Below are positions 39,501-52,194 of a DNA stretch of 64,000 nt, piece after piece. The notes beneath the pieces were generated by a model. That model was not told the origin of the DNA and searched no databases. It was given only the letters and a program-made list of their open reading frames with translations. The stretch comes from Tubulanus polymorphus (taxonomy: Eukaryota; Animalia; Nemertea). The stretch covers positions 10,251,947 to 10,315,946 of the forward strand of contig NC_134030.1 in assembly GCF_964204645.1 (NCBI RefSeq), given 5' to 3'. The first letter of the stretch is position 1. Each line of letters starts with the position of its first letter. The position numbers and the translations under genes were made by a program.

Positions 39501-39903
39501 CTCTAATCTGGGAAATATTTGGGCAATTGATTTTAAACTCCATGAAGCATAGTTCTTGGATGTCATTCGCTTGCCCAAGGGCGACTCTCTTCAGCAATTT
39601 CTCTTGAAGATCACCTTGTTGACATCCATGTAGTGGGGTATGATTCACTTGTACAAAGTCCTCATTTGCAATCAGCCATGGGAAAACTTGGGAATTTTGA
39701 ATTCATGTAACTAACTGTGGGAACAATGTGTAAGAATATTCAGAATATTCTGGCATTTTTCTGTTTGATTTTCCAAGACTAGTGTCTTTGCTCTAATTTC
39801 CTGCCAAATTAAGATTCCAAACAGGATAATATTTCGTCATTCGGGTTCGTACTTTATTGTGTTCGATTATATTTCATTATTATTACTAGTCGACTCTCTT
39901 GAT

Positions 39904-40234
39904 CATCCTCGCTTGCCAGGGTTCGATTGCCTCCTGCTGACCATTCATTGGTCTATTACACCGCCCGAGATTCTTTGGACAGACAGGCTGCCGCTAAATG
40001 GTCACCAGTCTATGTATTTAAACCAATGAGATAACGTTGTTTCTCACCGGCAGATTCGCTTTATCAGTTCAACGCATCTGATTGGCTAGATACATAGACT
40101 GGTGGCCGCTGGGCGGAAATCTGTCTGCCCGAGGAATCTTGGATGGTGTAATAAACCAATAAAGGGTCTGCGGCCAGGGTTTAGGTTAACGTGAGCTTCG
40201 GCAGATAGTAATCAAACCCTGGCAAGCGAGGTTG
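39904..40234. mobile_element. CATC-ended foldback MITE, family C; second copy at ~13325-13626
   Basis: CATCCTCGCTTGCCAGGGTT...AACCCTGGCAAGCGAGG(T)TG, TSD-like ctcttgat/ctctagat, long internal inverted arms. Confidence 0.75.
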
Positions 40235-41318
40235 CTCTAGATTAGCCAAGCAAGGATGATCTTGATTAGCCACCACTCAGTCAGTCTCTTGGACCCAATG
40301 TTTTTTCGATAATCGAGAGTGGTGGAAAATATTGAACAGCAATTTAATGGAAAAAGAAATTTATGTAATAGCGATTCAAAATTTTGGGTGGAAACTGACA
40401 TTGGTATATTATCGAGAGTTGACTGTTATATGCATTGATATTATTATCCATAATTAATAATGATAATATTGTTATTATTATAGCTTGTTAAAATGTATGT
40501 ATGTATATATATTTAAATGATTTATTTACTTGTACAAAAGTTGTACACATCTTCGCGATATACACAAAATGCTATGATTATTAATATACAAATTATTATT
40601 ATCTGTACGAAAAATCTCTTTGTCTTTCTCTTGTGTTCTCGTTTTTTAAGCCACCAAGGAGGTTTGCATCGGTCGATGCACTTAAATTTCTAGGAATCTT
40701 CTTTTATCCCAATGTCTTAATCCCGATCCCTCGCAGATAACAACCATAAAGGCGGGTCAGATCGTTGCAACAACGCTTGGCCTGCACGTCCTTAGAACTG
40801 CCAGTGACAATGAGTGTCACATGTTCTACTTTCTATGACGCATCAGTTTCAAGTCGCGATTAACCTACATGCTCTTGCAACTGGTAGAATCTAATTGCAC
40901 ACCGCCTCTAACAATTGCATCACAAACAACTTATACCCCCAAGTGCGGTGCGATGCGACAATAGCATTGCAAGGCGGACCTATGCTTGGCTTAGGGAAAG
41001 CAAAAATAAAGAATTTTTTAGGAGAAACTGGCCAATAGTAAGGCAAAATGAGGAGCAATTGGCAGGAAAATCCCTGATATTTCCCAAACCTTGACCAAAA
41101 GTTACCTTTTAAAGAGGAATGACAATCTGATTTAACCTTACAGGGAAATTTAAATCCGGAGTTTCCCGATCTCTTGAGGATTCTGATACGGGCAAAGCTA
41201 AATCCTTGATACAATAGCAGTGCAAATAGATCACTAGGGAGTCGTTTCAGCTGCAAGAAAAAACTGTTCCCGTGATCCTGGAAATCCTAAGAGCAAGAAA
41301 TTACTTAAAAATCACACC

Positions 41319-41325
41319 ATTTATT
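41319..41325 (-). terminator. Likely polyadenylation signal of TMEM147
   Basis: tttatt on + (AATAAA on -) about 710 nt past the stop, after an AU-rich 3' UTR-like stretch. Confidence 0.4.
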
Positions 41326-42033
41326 TTCACACAACAGCCATTCATTCATAAGTTACAAAAAACGTGAGATTATTATTATTTCAACGAATATCATCGAATA
41401 TAATCAATTTGCTTCATAGAACGATATTCAAAATAAAGAGAGAAAAAAATCTACAAAAAATGACAACGAATCTGAAGGGCTTTTTAAATGTGACAATTGC
41501 AAACAGTTAATTCATGTTTATATATATTTATATATATATATATTAGTAGTTTAAAGTGGGATTCAATTACAATAATTTATCCTGAAATATCTTCACGGCA
41601 GTTTTTTGTTCCAATGGTTACTCTTTTTTTAGTGAGAGGTACGGTACAGCCTAGAAGTAACTTATACGTGCACATGTATTCACCCAAATACCGAAATTTT
41701 CCCTCGGAAAGAAGGACAATATTATTAATACGTGCATGCATTTGATGTGTAAAACACGCTAGTTTGATATGCATTTCGTTTTAACCAAAAAACGCAACGA
41801 TCCTCTGACGAATGCCAGACGTGTTACGCATTAAATTACTTCTAGGCTGTGCCGTATCAAGATTTCGTAATCATGGACAGAACTATGTATAGTTTTCAAC
41901 CGGCAACTTATATCATAGACCAAACATCCACGTTTTAATTCTTTTGATTAGAAAATGATGATCATGATGATGATGATGATGCGACGATTCGATGCTGGAC
42001 TCTAGAGGTGTTTTAGTTGCCAGCAGTCCGTAG

Positions 42034-45000
42034 TCAGTAATGGGCATTGCCAGTTCGTTGCAGTTCCTGATACATCACCAGCGACATGACTCCGACCAGA
42101 GACGTGAACACCGCCTTGAACAACAACAGTATCCACGAGCCGAGACCGAGGGCTTGCGTTAAAATGCTGAAATAAAAGAATTCGCCCAACATCAATATAA
42201 TGAATAATATATCTGACCAGATTACCCGCGATATCTCTTTGTCAAAAATAGTAGATTACTTGAAAACGAGATAAAAATTATCTAGGTTTCGTGGGTATTT
42301 TGATATTTTTGGTAGCAATTGAGTCTTAACAGAGCAGAAACTACTCTCAAATAGTAGTCATAGGTATAATATATCTAAATCCAGGGAGATACACTAGATA
42401 ATTGGAAGGTTGTAACAAAGCAGTTGCTAGCTAGGGGTCAGATTGGTGTGATCTGTGTGCATTTTGCATTTTTTTTTGCATATTATGTGCATTTTTTCCA
42501 GTTACAAAATTGTTACAATTTGACTAATTTGGCTAGGACTGCGGAACTAGGCCCAGGGTTTTGAAGATCGACTCATGCTCAATCGCATTTTCGATAAAAA
42601 CCAATACTCACTCGACTATCAACGGCTTGTAACAACTGAGAGCCATCAAACTCATACAAACGGGAACTCGAGACCGATGCAGGTCGTGACGACTGTACAA
42701 CCAGACTAACACCGCCGTCGATATGTGCTGAACCTGTCGACAAAGAGAACTGATTATAATTCATTCGTATTTCATCAGGGCTGCCAACCTCTGAAATGCG
42801 CTATCAGTAACAAAAATTTTTTTCAGTAAAATTTCATCAAAGAAATGTGAAAGAAAACGGTCAAATTAATCAGTAATCAATAGTAAGATCTTCAGTAACA
42901 TCTTTCACATTTCTGTACGTATCAAATGAATCATAACAGCATTTCTCGTGATAAAAGAGTAACAAATACTGAAAATCAGGAACAGTTGGCAGCTCTGTTT
43001 CATTCTAAACATTACCGCAGACATTAGTGGGCGCATCTAGGCTTGGGGTCACAGCTGACTGATAAAGATGATTTCAACCAAAATTGTTGTTACCCATGGA
43101 GACATGTTATGTTACAGCAGCTATTGTGAATCTTTCTGGGTGAAAATGGAAAAATCTACCGCGAGCGAGTCTATCAGAAAGTACCCTAAGGCGAAGTAGA
43201 ATAGTGTTTATCTCCCACAGCAGGTTTTAAGAGGGGGCCACCATCTCATCTTAACATCCATCCCTTATAAAATATCTACTGCCCCTACCAGAGTGGATGC
43301 TAATATTTTATCAATGCTGATTGCTTTGAAATGATATCGAGCTTGTGTGAAAAATAGAACTGAAGATTACACCAAAATTAGGCTTAATTTTCTGTAGCTA
43401 CCCTTCAGCAACCACAAGGTCATACACACTTAATGATAAATGCAGCCCCAGCATACGGAGAGAACAATGACAACTTAGAAGGAAACTATTAAAACGTAGC
43501 AGAGCGGTAGATGGATGAGATCCGCGCACTTACCAGGCATATATTAGCCTCGAGACTCAGCTGAATGTATTTCCAGTCGAACTCAACACCACGAGCTCCG
43601 ATCCACAACGGCAAAAACCTTGATAATAAAAAACATTAATAATAAAGCATTATTAACATAACGGGGTAGTAGGTTTAGCGATTACTATCCACCCTCTGCA
43701 TCCAGTAAAGTAAGAATTGCTAATTCATGCATGGAGGAGGCCGTACACCCTAGAAATGAATTGATTACATGTTCAACAATATCTCTGAGTGAAAAGAGTA
43801 CCAATATGCATATCTATTAACTGACCATGAAAATAGAGAACACTCTTTACTAAAGAGGTAATCGGATACTTTTTCCCAAATTAGGGATACTTGATGGTAA
43901 TTCCACCGCAGTGTACTGAATTAAGGGCCATTATATAAGAGCTATTATAGTGTCTACACCACAGTGCAGTGTATCCTTTCAATAAAGATAACTAATTACT
44001 AACACACTGTGATGCAGGATACGAGCAGAGTCCATCAATGATTTTTGCACTGTAAGGGTAAATGGCCCTACTACCAACAAAGTATTTAAAATGTATGGAT
44101 TTTTTCACATGATTAAATATTTCGCTTGCTTATCATCATAGTGATTAATTCATTAATTACAAATGGAAAGCTGACAATTCTTCATCAAAACTAATCCGTC
44201 CCGATTAAGGTTTCCACTTACTTGGTCATGATGAGTTCAGCAGTCGCCCAGCCAAGCCCGGCTACCATAAACTTCAGCTGCCCCTTACCGGCGATTTGTG
44301 ACATGATGAAATGCAGTCCGATTAGATCAGTCAAATCGACTGTCGATTTCAGAAATTCCTGACAAAATAAAACAAATAACTGAGTAGTTCGAATAAGGAC
44401 TTCCTCTTACAATCACCTTTTTAGGTCATTTCCACTTCAAAGTACTTACGAGAATGACGTCTAAACTTCCCGATAAGCCGTCCGTCGAAGGGAAAAACGT
44501 AGCTAGAACCAACATTTTACACAACTGCGTGAATAAATACAAAGCGCATGCCTGCGCACATTTCCAAAATGCACTGTATTCGGCGCTGGAAAAAAATAAA
44601 ACGGTTTCATTGAGAAATCACGGATAACGTGCAAATAAGATAGAATTATGCATTCATCGATAAAAATCTATAGTAATTCACCTTGAACAGATGATTTGAC
44701 AAGCAATGAGTAATTGCGCAAAAGTTGCTTTGCAAAGTAAAGTAAAGCCCTAGCTCACTTAGAGTAGTCTAGTACCTAGCCGTCGTTCTACAAACAACGG
44801 TTGTAGGGAACCAGTAACAACGACTGGTATTCAGACTACACTTAGAGATGATTTACTTTTCAAAGTTGATTTAAGTTTTGACCCCAGTATCCTAGACCTA
44901 GGGCATCTTAAGCCATCAAGGGATTCAAACTCACTAAGCTAAAGCCGTTCCCCGAACCCCTTGACCTCACGAGTCATTGGAATCGTTACTAGCCGACCAG

Positions 45001-45501
45001 AATCTGGTCATACCAATCATAGCGCTCGTAACAAATGACACGAGGCTTACGTGGGATTTCCCGTTAAATTGACCAATCAACATGCGTTTTAGCGAACAAG
45101 TTGATATACAAGTTTCATAAGTTGATATATGACTTCATGTGCGAAAGCGACAGAGTAATGAAATCGCACGACATGAGGCCAGGAGATTTCATACAAAAAT
45201 GACCTTCCCATTCCTGACTGTGGTTTGTGAAAATATCCGATCGTGAAACTAAACCACAGACAGGTTACTGACTAAGGAGGCTGGTGGAAGCGAGATCGGG
45301 GGGGGGGGGGTTATCCCGGACCACTGGCAAGCAAGGATGACCCTAGAGAGCTGTTACTAAAGTTTATTTTGTATTATTTGATAGCAAATTGAAAAACGAC
45401 AAAATGACAAAACAAAATACTTACAGGCCAGAAAGCTTATAAACGATAACGTATGGTGCGCATGCCAGAGCAACGCAGTTTCCAAAGTGGAAAAAAGTCA
45501 T
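42034..45501 (-). CDS. TMEM147: Transmembrane protein 147 (BOS complex subunit; 229 aa, 6 exons)
   Basis: Exons: 45501-45425, 44585-44450, 44358-44222, 43618-43534, 42733-42612, 42166-42034 (690 nt). [17 protein letters not shown]...AEYSAFWKC...[10 protein letters not shown]...GLGWATAE...[17 protein letters not shown] are TMEM147 signatures. Confidence 0.96.
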
Positions 45502-46660
45502 GATGTAAATCTGAAATCAAAAGAGATCAATCGGGTGAGACTGAGACTGCCGCTTGCGAATCCACAGCAGATTTATCTGACTTTTTAAAACAATTAAGAC
45601 CTATATTTTTCAAGTCATATGGTCCCAGATACTTTAAGAATGCAATAAATTCACAGACAATACCTAAAAATTATCTTTGGGTTGCCAGAGTTCGTTATTT
45701 TTCTCGTGCGTTTCTACGCCAAAAACCAAAATTTACAACCCGGAAGTGATGAACATGGCTCCACATGCCGGCGTAAGCGCGAGAAAAATATTGTGTCAGT
45801 ACTACCGGAGGCGATACCGATGATGCTGGTTTCATATTTTCTAATGGCCAAAAGAAACGACCTGATTGCAACTCTGAGATATCAACAAGAATGGAAATTC
45901 TTCTTCAATGTTTGTATTTATTTAAAGCATAGAAGTTTTTTAAAGTCGTTTTGCACCGTGCTGATTGTAGACTGGTTGCCTGTCTTCTTCAGAACTGCGA
46001 ATGTAGGTGGCGCAGAATTCGACAGGCAACCAGTCTATACCGAATGTAGTCTCGGATTACGGACGCTTCCGGTGCCGACGACACTCCTTTATCAAGGCTA
46101 CGCGCACGGCGAACATTGCGCGGAGTTCTGAGCGCCGGTTCTCGACCCAGCGGTCGTCTAAATTCAAATCCGAATCCGGAACGACGTAGTAAAAAGCGTC
46201 TAATTTTCTTAGAGTTTACGAATTTCTTGATAAGAATACCGATACGTTTTGTAAAATAATTTTAAGTAAATGTGAAATAACTTATCAAAAGATACGTTTT
46301 TTTTAGAACTAGCAATTTTTGCGTAATTCTTCTTTCGTCGGTCGGTTACTATTTTATCATACAATTCCGGCTAATTTTTGCCTACTCGAGAATTCGAGGA
46401 ATCGTATATTTATCGACGAGCTGCTGGCTGTCACCTGAAAAAAAAATTGACATCATTTCAAATGAAAGATTCTGCCGTCCGAGACATGTCCGCGATTAAT
46501 CAGCAGAGTGCGCACGGGCATGTAGAATTAACGACAATCTCGACGGCGGAGCAGCAGCTGTTGTTGTGGTGAGCGAGGGCCTGGAATGTGGCGGTCTTAT
46601 CCGGCTCCGAGGTGGGGGAATCAAGCTGCAGGCTCTACGACTACTACGAGTAGCACTAAA
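45502..46660. promoter_or_regulatory. Divergent promoter/5' UTR region shared by TMEM147 and CBL
   Basis: ATGs at 45501 (-) and 46661 (+). CpG-rich, with ETS-type motifs CCGGAAGTG (~45739) and CTTCCGGT (~46066). Confidence 0.6.
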
Positions 46661-49600
46661 ATGGCTAGCGGTGGTTCTCATCAAGTGAAAACGAACCGGC
46701 AACAGCCCGCCAAATTAGGCGGCCTGATCAGTCGGATACACGGCGCGATTGCCGACGCGGTGTCGCCACCGAAATTAATTGTCGACAAAAAAACGATCGA
46801 AAAATCGTGGAAGCTGATGGACAAAGTCGTCAAACTTTGCCAGCACCCGAAGATGAACTTGAAAAACAGTCCGCCGTTCATCCTCGACATTCTGCCCGAC
46901 ACGTACCAACACTTGAAGTTCATCTACTACAAATACGAGGACCGTTTGCACGTGTTGAACGAGTGCGAGTACTTTCGCATATTCATCGAAAACCTAATGA
47001 ACAAGTGTAAAAAAACGATCAAACTGTTCAAAGACGGCAAGGAGAAAATGTTCGAGGAGTCGTCGCACTACCGGCGCAACCTGACGAAATTGTCGCTCGT
47101 GTTCTCGCACATGCTCGCCGAGTTGAAGGCGATATTTCCGAACGGCGCGTTCGCCGGCGACACGTTCCGCATCACGAAAGGCGACGCGTCAGACTGGTGG
47201 AAAAAGTCGTTCGGCGAGAAGTAAGTAGTGTCCCGTGCTTTTAAAACGAAATTCGCCGCCGGCTATGAGGATACAATGGTCAAACCCGATTAATATGGAT
47301 TTTGTTGGAATGTCTAGATATTTTCGTGTGACATTAATCTTTTTGGGCTGTTTCACTTAAAAAAGTATTTGAATGCATACCTCGGATAGGTCTTAATACG
47401 CAGTATCCATTTTACGTTGTAATTAGAGGATAGCCAAAAAAAAGACTAACCAGTTGCACAGTCGTAAGTCTTAAGTCCAAAAGTGGTCTTAAATCTTAAG
47501 ACTGGTCTTAAGTTGTTGTTAGACTGGTCTTTAAGTCTAAGCCATGACCGTGCAACCAGCCCCTGGGGCCAGTTGCTCAAATGTTGGTCAAAGATAACCA
47601 GCGTATAAATACCAAAGTAACAATGGACTTCTAATTGTCACTATGTCAACTATCCACTGGTCAACTCTAACCAACTTTTGAACAACTGGCCCCTGCTGGA
47701 CATTATTTGCAGTGATTGACTTTAAATCTGGTTTTCTCATAAGCTGGATGAATTATTTTGGTCACAAATGATCCGAATTAAGCGGGTTCTATCACGGGCA
47801 CTAGAATATGGGCTTCGACCTCGTTGGTGTGTTGAAAATGATTGAATTTACCAAATCTACGATATAAAATCCACCTTGTTCGCCGACGCCATCTTCATTA
47901 TCCATGATGTATTCATAACGTTTTACCCATGGTCCAATGCGCAGCCCTCATCTATGTACACTATACTGAAAGGCAGGAAACGCTCCTATCTTTGTGATAC
48001 TTAAATCTACCCCCAAATGATTACTGGCGTCAGTTGTCCACGTATTTGCGGGTAGATTTAAGTATTACGGAGATAGAAGCGTTTCCTGCCTTTCTGTATA
48101 GTATAAATAGACAAGGGGCGCCCGTAGCATTATGGGAAAATTCATTATAGAACATGGCGGATGATTGATGTAAGAATAAGATATCTCTGGTGAATTACTA
48201 GATATTTATCCATTATCGATCGAGTGCCTGTGGTTCTACTGTGCTTGCATTTGGGAGCATGCCCCTCGACGATCCGTCGATGCTCTATCAATTCCTAGAA
48301 ACCAATAACGAGGACCGCGCGGTCAGACTGCAGCAACGGAGGATTCCGCTTGTGGCCCTAAGCGAGGATCCACCGGTTGGCGAAGGCATGTTTTCTCTCT
48401 GACGTTTCGTTTCAATTTTCGTGATTTCAGGACGATCGTTCCGTGGAAGTTTTTCCGGGTGACGTTGAACGAGACTCACAAGATCAGCTCGCCGTTGGAA
48501 GCGATGGCCCTGAAGTCGACAATCGATTTGACGTGCAACGATTATATCTCGTGTTTTGAATTCGACGTTTTCACCAGGTACGTAACGACTTCGTTCATGT
48601 GTTGTCGAGGCGATCGGGACATCATTCTTCTCAGATTTTATCAACCCTTTCGGCGCTGACTAACTAATACCCTGGATTCAGTGTCACAGTTCTGAGATGA
48701 ATTTGACTCGAGAGTTAAAACATCGGAAATGAACAGATTTTAACTCAGAGTTAACTCTAACCTATGAGCGATTATCTCAATGAGATGATTGCTCATAGCT
48801 ATAACTAACAACTGTGGAACCGGATTCCGAAGTACTGTCGATAATTTGAAAATTTTTAGAAATTTCGTCCCACTGTGTTGTATTACGGGCGCTGCATCTA
48901 CACCGTGGTGCGGTGTACCATTAGTCGCTAATATTTTACTGTGTTTGACTGATGCTGCCACCTTTCAATATGGATAGAAAAAAAATAATGACTTAAATAA
49001 CAGCGATACACCGTGGTGTAGTGTACGAGCAAAGTTCATCACCGATTTATACACCGCACTGCGGTGTAGATGCACTGAAATGGTTAAGAATTATCAGTCC
49101 CGCGCTCGATTCCATATTCGTGAGTTTAAGAGACGACTCTTGAGTTTAATTCATTTCATGTTCGATGCTTTAACTCTTTGAAAGAGTCCAATTTCAACTC
49201 AGAATTTTGGAACCGGGCCGAGGTTGTCCATTATTTCCAAATTCAATGAACGACAATAATAAGAGATCGAGGCAGTTAATGAACGGTAGTAAAGATCAAT
49301 ATGAGTTTGTGTAGGAGGGGTAAAAATCTAAACGAAAGGTAATTAGGACTGCAGTCACCGTTGGCAATCAATAAGGATTCCGCTTGTGGCGAGGGAGGAT
49401 CCAACTAGGCTACCTACACAGTGGGTTGAATAGCAGGGTTCGTAGCGAGTCTCCAAAGCACTTAAATAAGTGTTTAAAATTTTGTAAGGCATCCCTTTAA
49501 AAGCGCTTACTTTCCGTAGAAATTTCAGAAAGTGCTCACGAAGTTTTGTACGGTGTTATTCATTGAGATTAGGACGAGGGCGGCAATATGCTAAAAACGA

Positions 49601-52134
49601 TCGGAAAATTTTCATGTTTACCTTAAAAAAGCTTTGCTTATACTCTATCTTTTTAAAGCTAGGTTCGATAATACATATGAACCTTGTTAATACGATTCCG
49701 ATAAAGATGAAACCCATTTATTACGATGATTTCCAGCATGATTTCCATCTAATACAACAATATCACTTTTGCACATTAGATTTGCTTCAGGTCCCCTATA
49801 GGATACACCAACAATTCTTGGATTTGGCTATTCTTTAGTATTTAATTAGGGCATATTTGAACAGACCCAAAATAGCCCAATTTATGCTCAGCACTTTTGG
49901 GGGAAAATACTCAATTGAATATATATTTTTTTACTTCGATTTTCAGTTTCAAAGTCAAACCCCCTGTTTCGTTCCTGGTAGGTGTTGTGGGTTTTTTAGG
50001 GACAACAAATCATAATATCAAACAAAATCTACTTAAATAGATAGGCTAACAGGGACAATCTCTATCGTAAGATAAAAAAAATATAGGCTAAAGAATCTTC
50101 TGTAATTCCAACCACTAATCACACAACTACATCTGTACTTCGATTTCTGATTTCAATCAACCCCCCTCGTCCTGTTTTGCTTCGGCCGGGTGCGATGGGT
50201 TTGTAAGGGACACCGAATCATAACGCATCAAATGAAATCTACCAATTTGATGAATGACAGGCACAAAATTCCTATGTTAAGATCAAATACAAAGAAGCTT
50301 AAACGTGACGTGCTCCGCGGAGAGACCCTAGTTATGTTACCGTAAAGCACGTGGCGAAATTTTTATCAACGACGATCATCGAGGCTATAGGCTAGCGAAC
50401 GTTTCCCTTGGGAAGTTTTTTTAATTCGATTGAAAACTGGATTTGCCTCGTCTGCGAAGAAAGTCCTTTTCAGTCGAGTATTTCTTTGTAGTGTGTCATA
50501 TTTAATGAGGTTGCACATTAAGTAGTCATGAGCTGGCTTTCTTCTTTCTTTCTTTTTTTCATAATATATAATCTAATCTGGCCCCTTACAACTACTACTG
50601 TGTGATAGTCGGTGGCGTCATTTTTCGATTTCATGAAAAAGATTAACTTTCCAACTCCAGTACATTATTACAAACCCCGCACATTACGATAGTGCCCTCG
50701 GGCAAGACACTCATCTTCATTGCCTCTATCGCCCGGGAGTGAATGGGTACCGGGTCTGATAGATGACTCCTGAGCGCCTTGTAGCCGCTCCGATGCTACT
50801 TCTCCCCAAGGAGAGATGACTGATAGATGGAGTTATAGGCAGGGGGTATTAATACCAAATTTGGAGCGCATTTGAACTGTCTCTGGTTGGGATACCTGCG
50901 CTATGTAAATGGCAGTTGTGATTCAACGGCTGGCGGTTTTGCCTTTTATAAAGAACCAGCGCGTAATTTGGACCACCCACTCTCGTCTGTCTGAGGCTGA
51001 GAATCGATATTACTAATGGGTAGTCATCCGATTGATTTACGCCCTTTTTTGGTAGTAGGACACGACCACTGTGTCACTCATTACGGGATATAAGCGCGTA
51101 CTGTTAGAAACGGGGTGTTCCATTTACGCGCTGATCATTGTACGCGGGAAAGACCTTCGACGCTCGGTTCGTTCCAGTGCACTAGGTCGAGCTTTTCTGT
51201 ATTTTGGGGGGGGTCGAGAAAGCCTCTACTTCAGGAGCCGCGGCGTCACAATGCAGCCCCCTTGAAATTCCAGCATCGGAGAACACTGGCAGCGCCTGTT
51301 CTGAAATCCACGCATGTAGTATATGACACACCGATCCAACGAAATTCATAAAACACTTCTCTTGAACGCTCCTTAATATTATTTTTAAAATCTCCGGGTT
51401 CGCAGATCGTATTTCCTTGTATCGTATTTCCTTTCTGATAAGCGTTGTTAATTTATAGTCTTGGAGGTAAATATGTCGTAGATTAGATTATAAATTGACG
51501 ATGGCGACACGCCGGGAGTGTCTCCCGGCGCGCGGAGTTAGTTTTTCCTGTTTCGTCGCCGTCGTTGAAGAAGACGATGAAACCAAAAAACGTCGTCGTT
51601 TGCGGAAACAGTTTGAACATTTTTTTTTTCTTTTCTTTTTTTTTTTTATTCGCAATTTTGATGATATAACGCTGGTTGGGATGGTGTCGGGGTTCTTACG
51701 GGTTTTTCGAAATAATACTAATTATGATGATAATTCATGTTCTTATGTAGGGTACAACAAATGGGAATTTCTTTTCCAGGCCCTGTCGAAAAGCTATAGA
51801 AATTTAATTTTTTTTTCTCCACAGCTATCATGGAAGAGGTATTGAAAATCAGAAATTAGTCTCGAAATAAAGATTTCTCGATTTTTGTTTTTCGTCGATA
51901 TTTTTAAGGTGATCCGTAGTCTAACAATGGGTCACTTTATGCAGAGTACAAGAGTAATATAGGAGTAACATAGTCAAAAGCGGTTTCGGGTGTAGGCCCT
52001 TATGCGTACGGTTATAAAAAAAAGCTTTGGTTTGTTTTTTTTTTCATTTCAATTTAAACCACAAAACGGGTGGGTATATCATTATTATGAATTATCCGTC
52101 GATCCGGTTTTGTATTCGTCATAGAATATACGTG

Positions 52135-52194
<60 letters not shown>

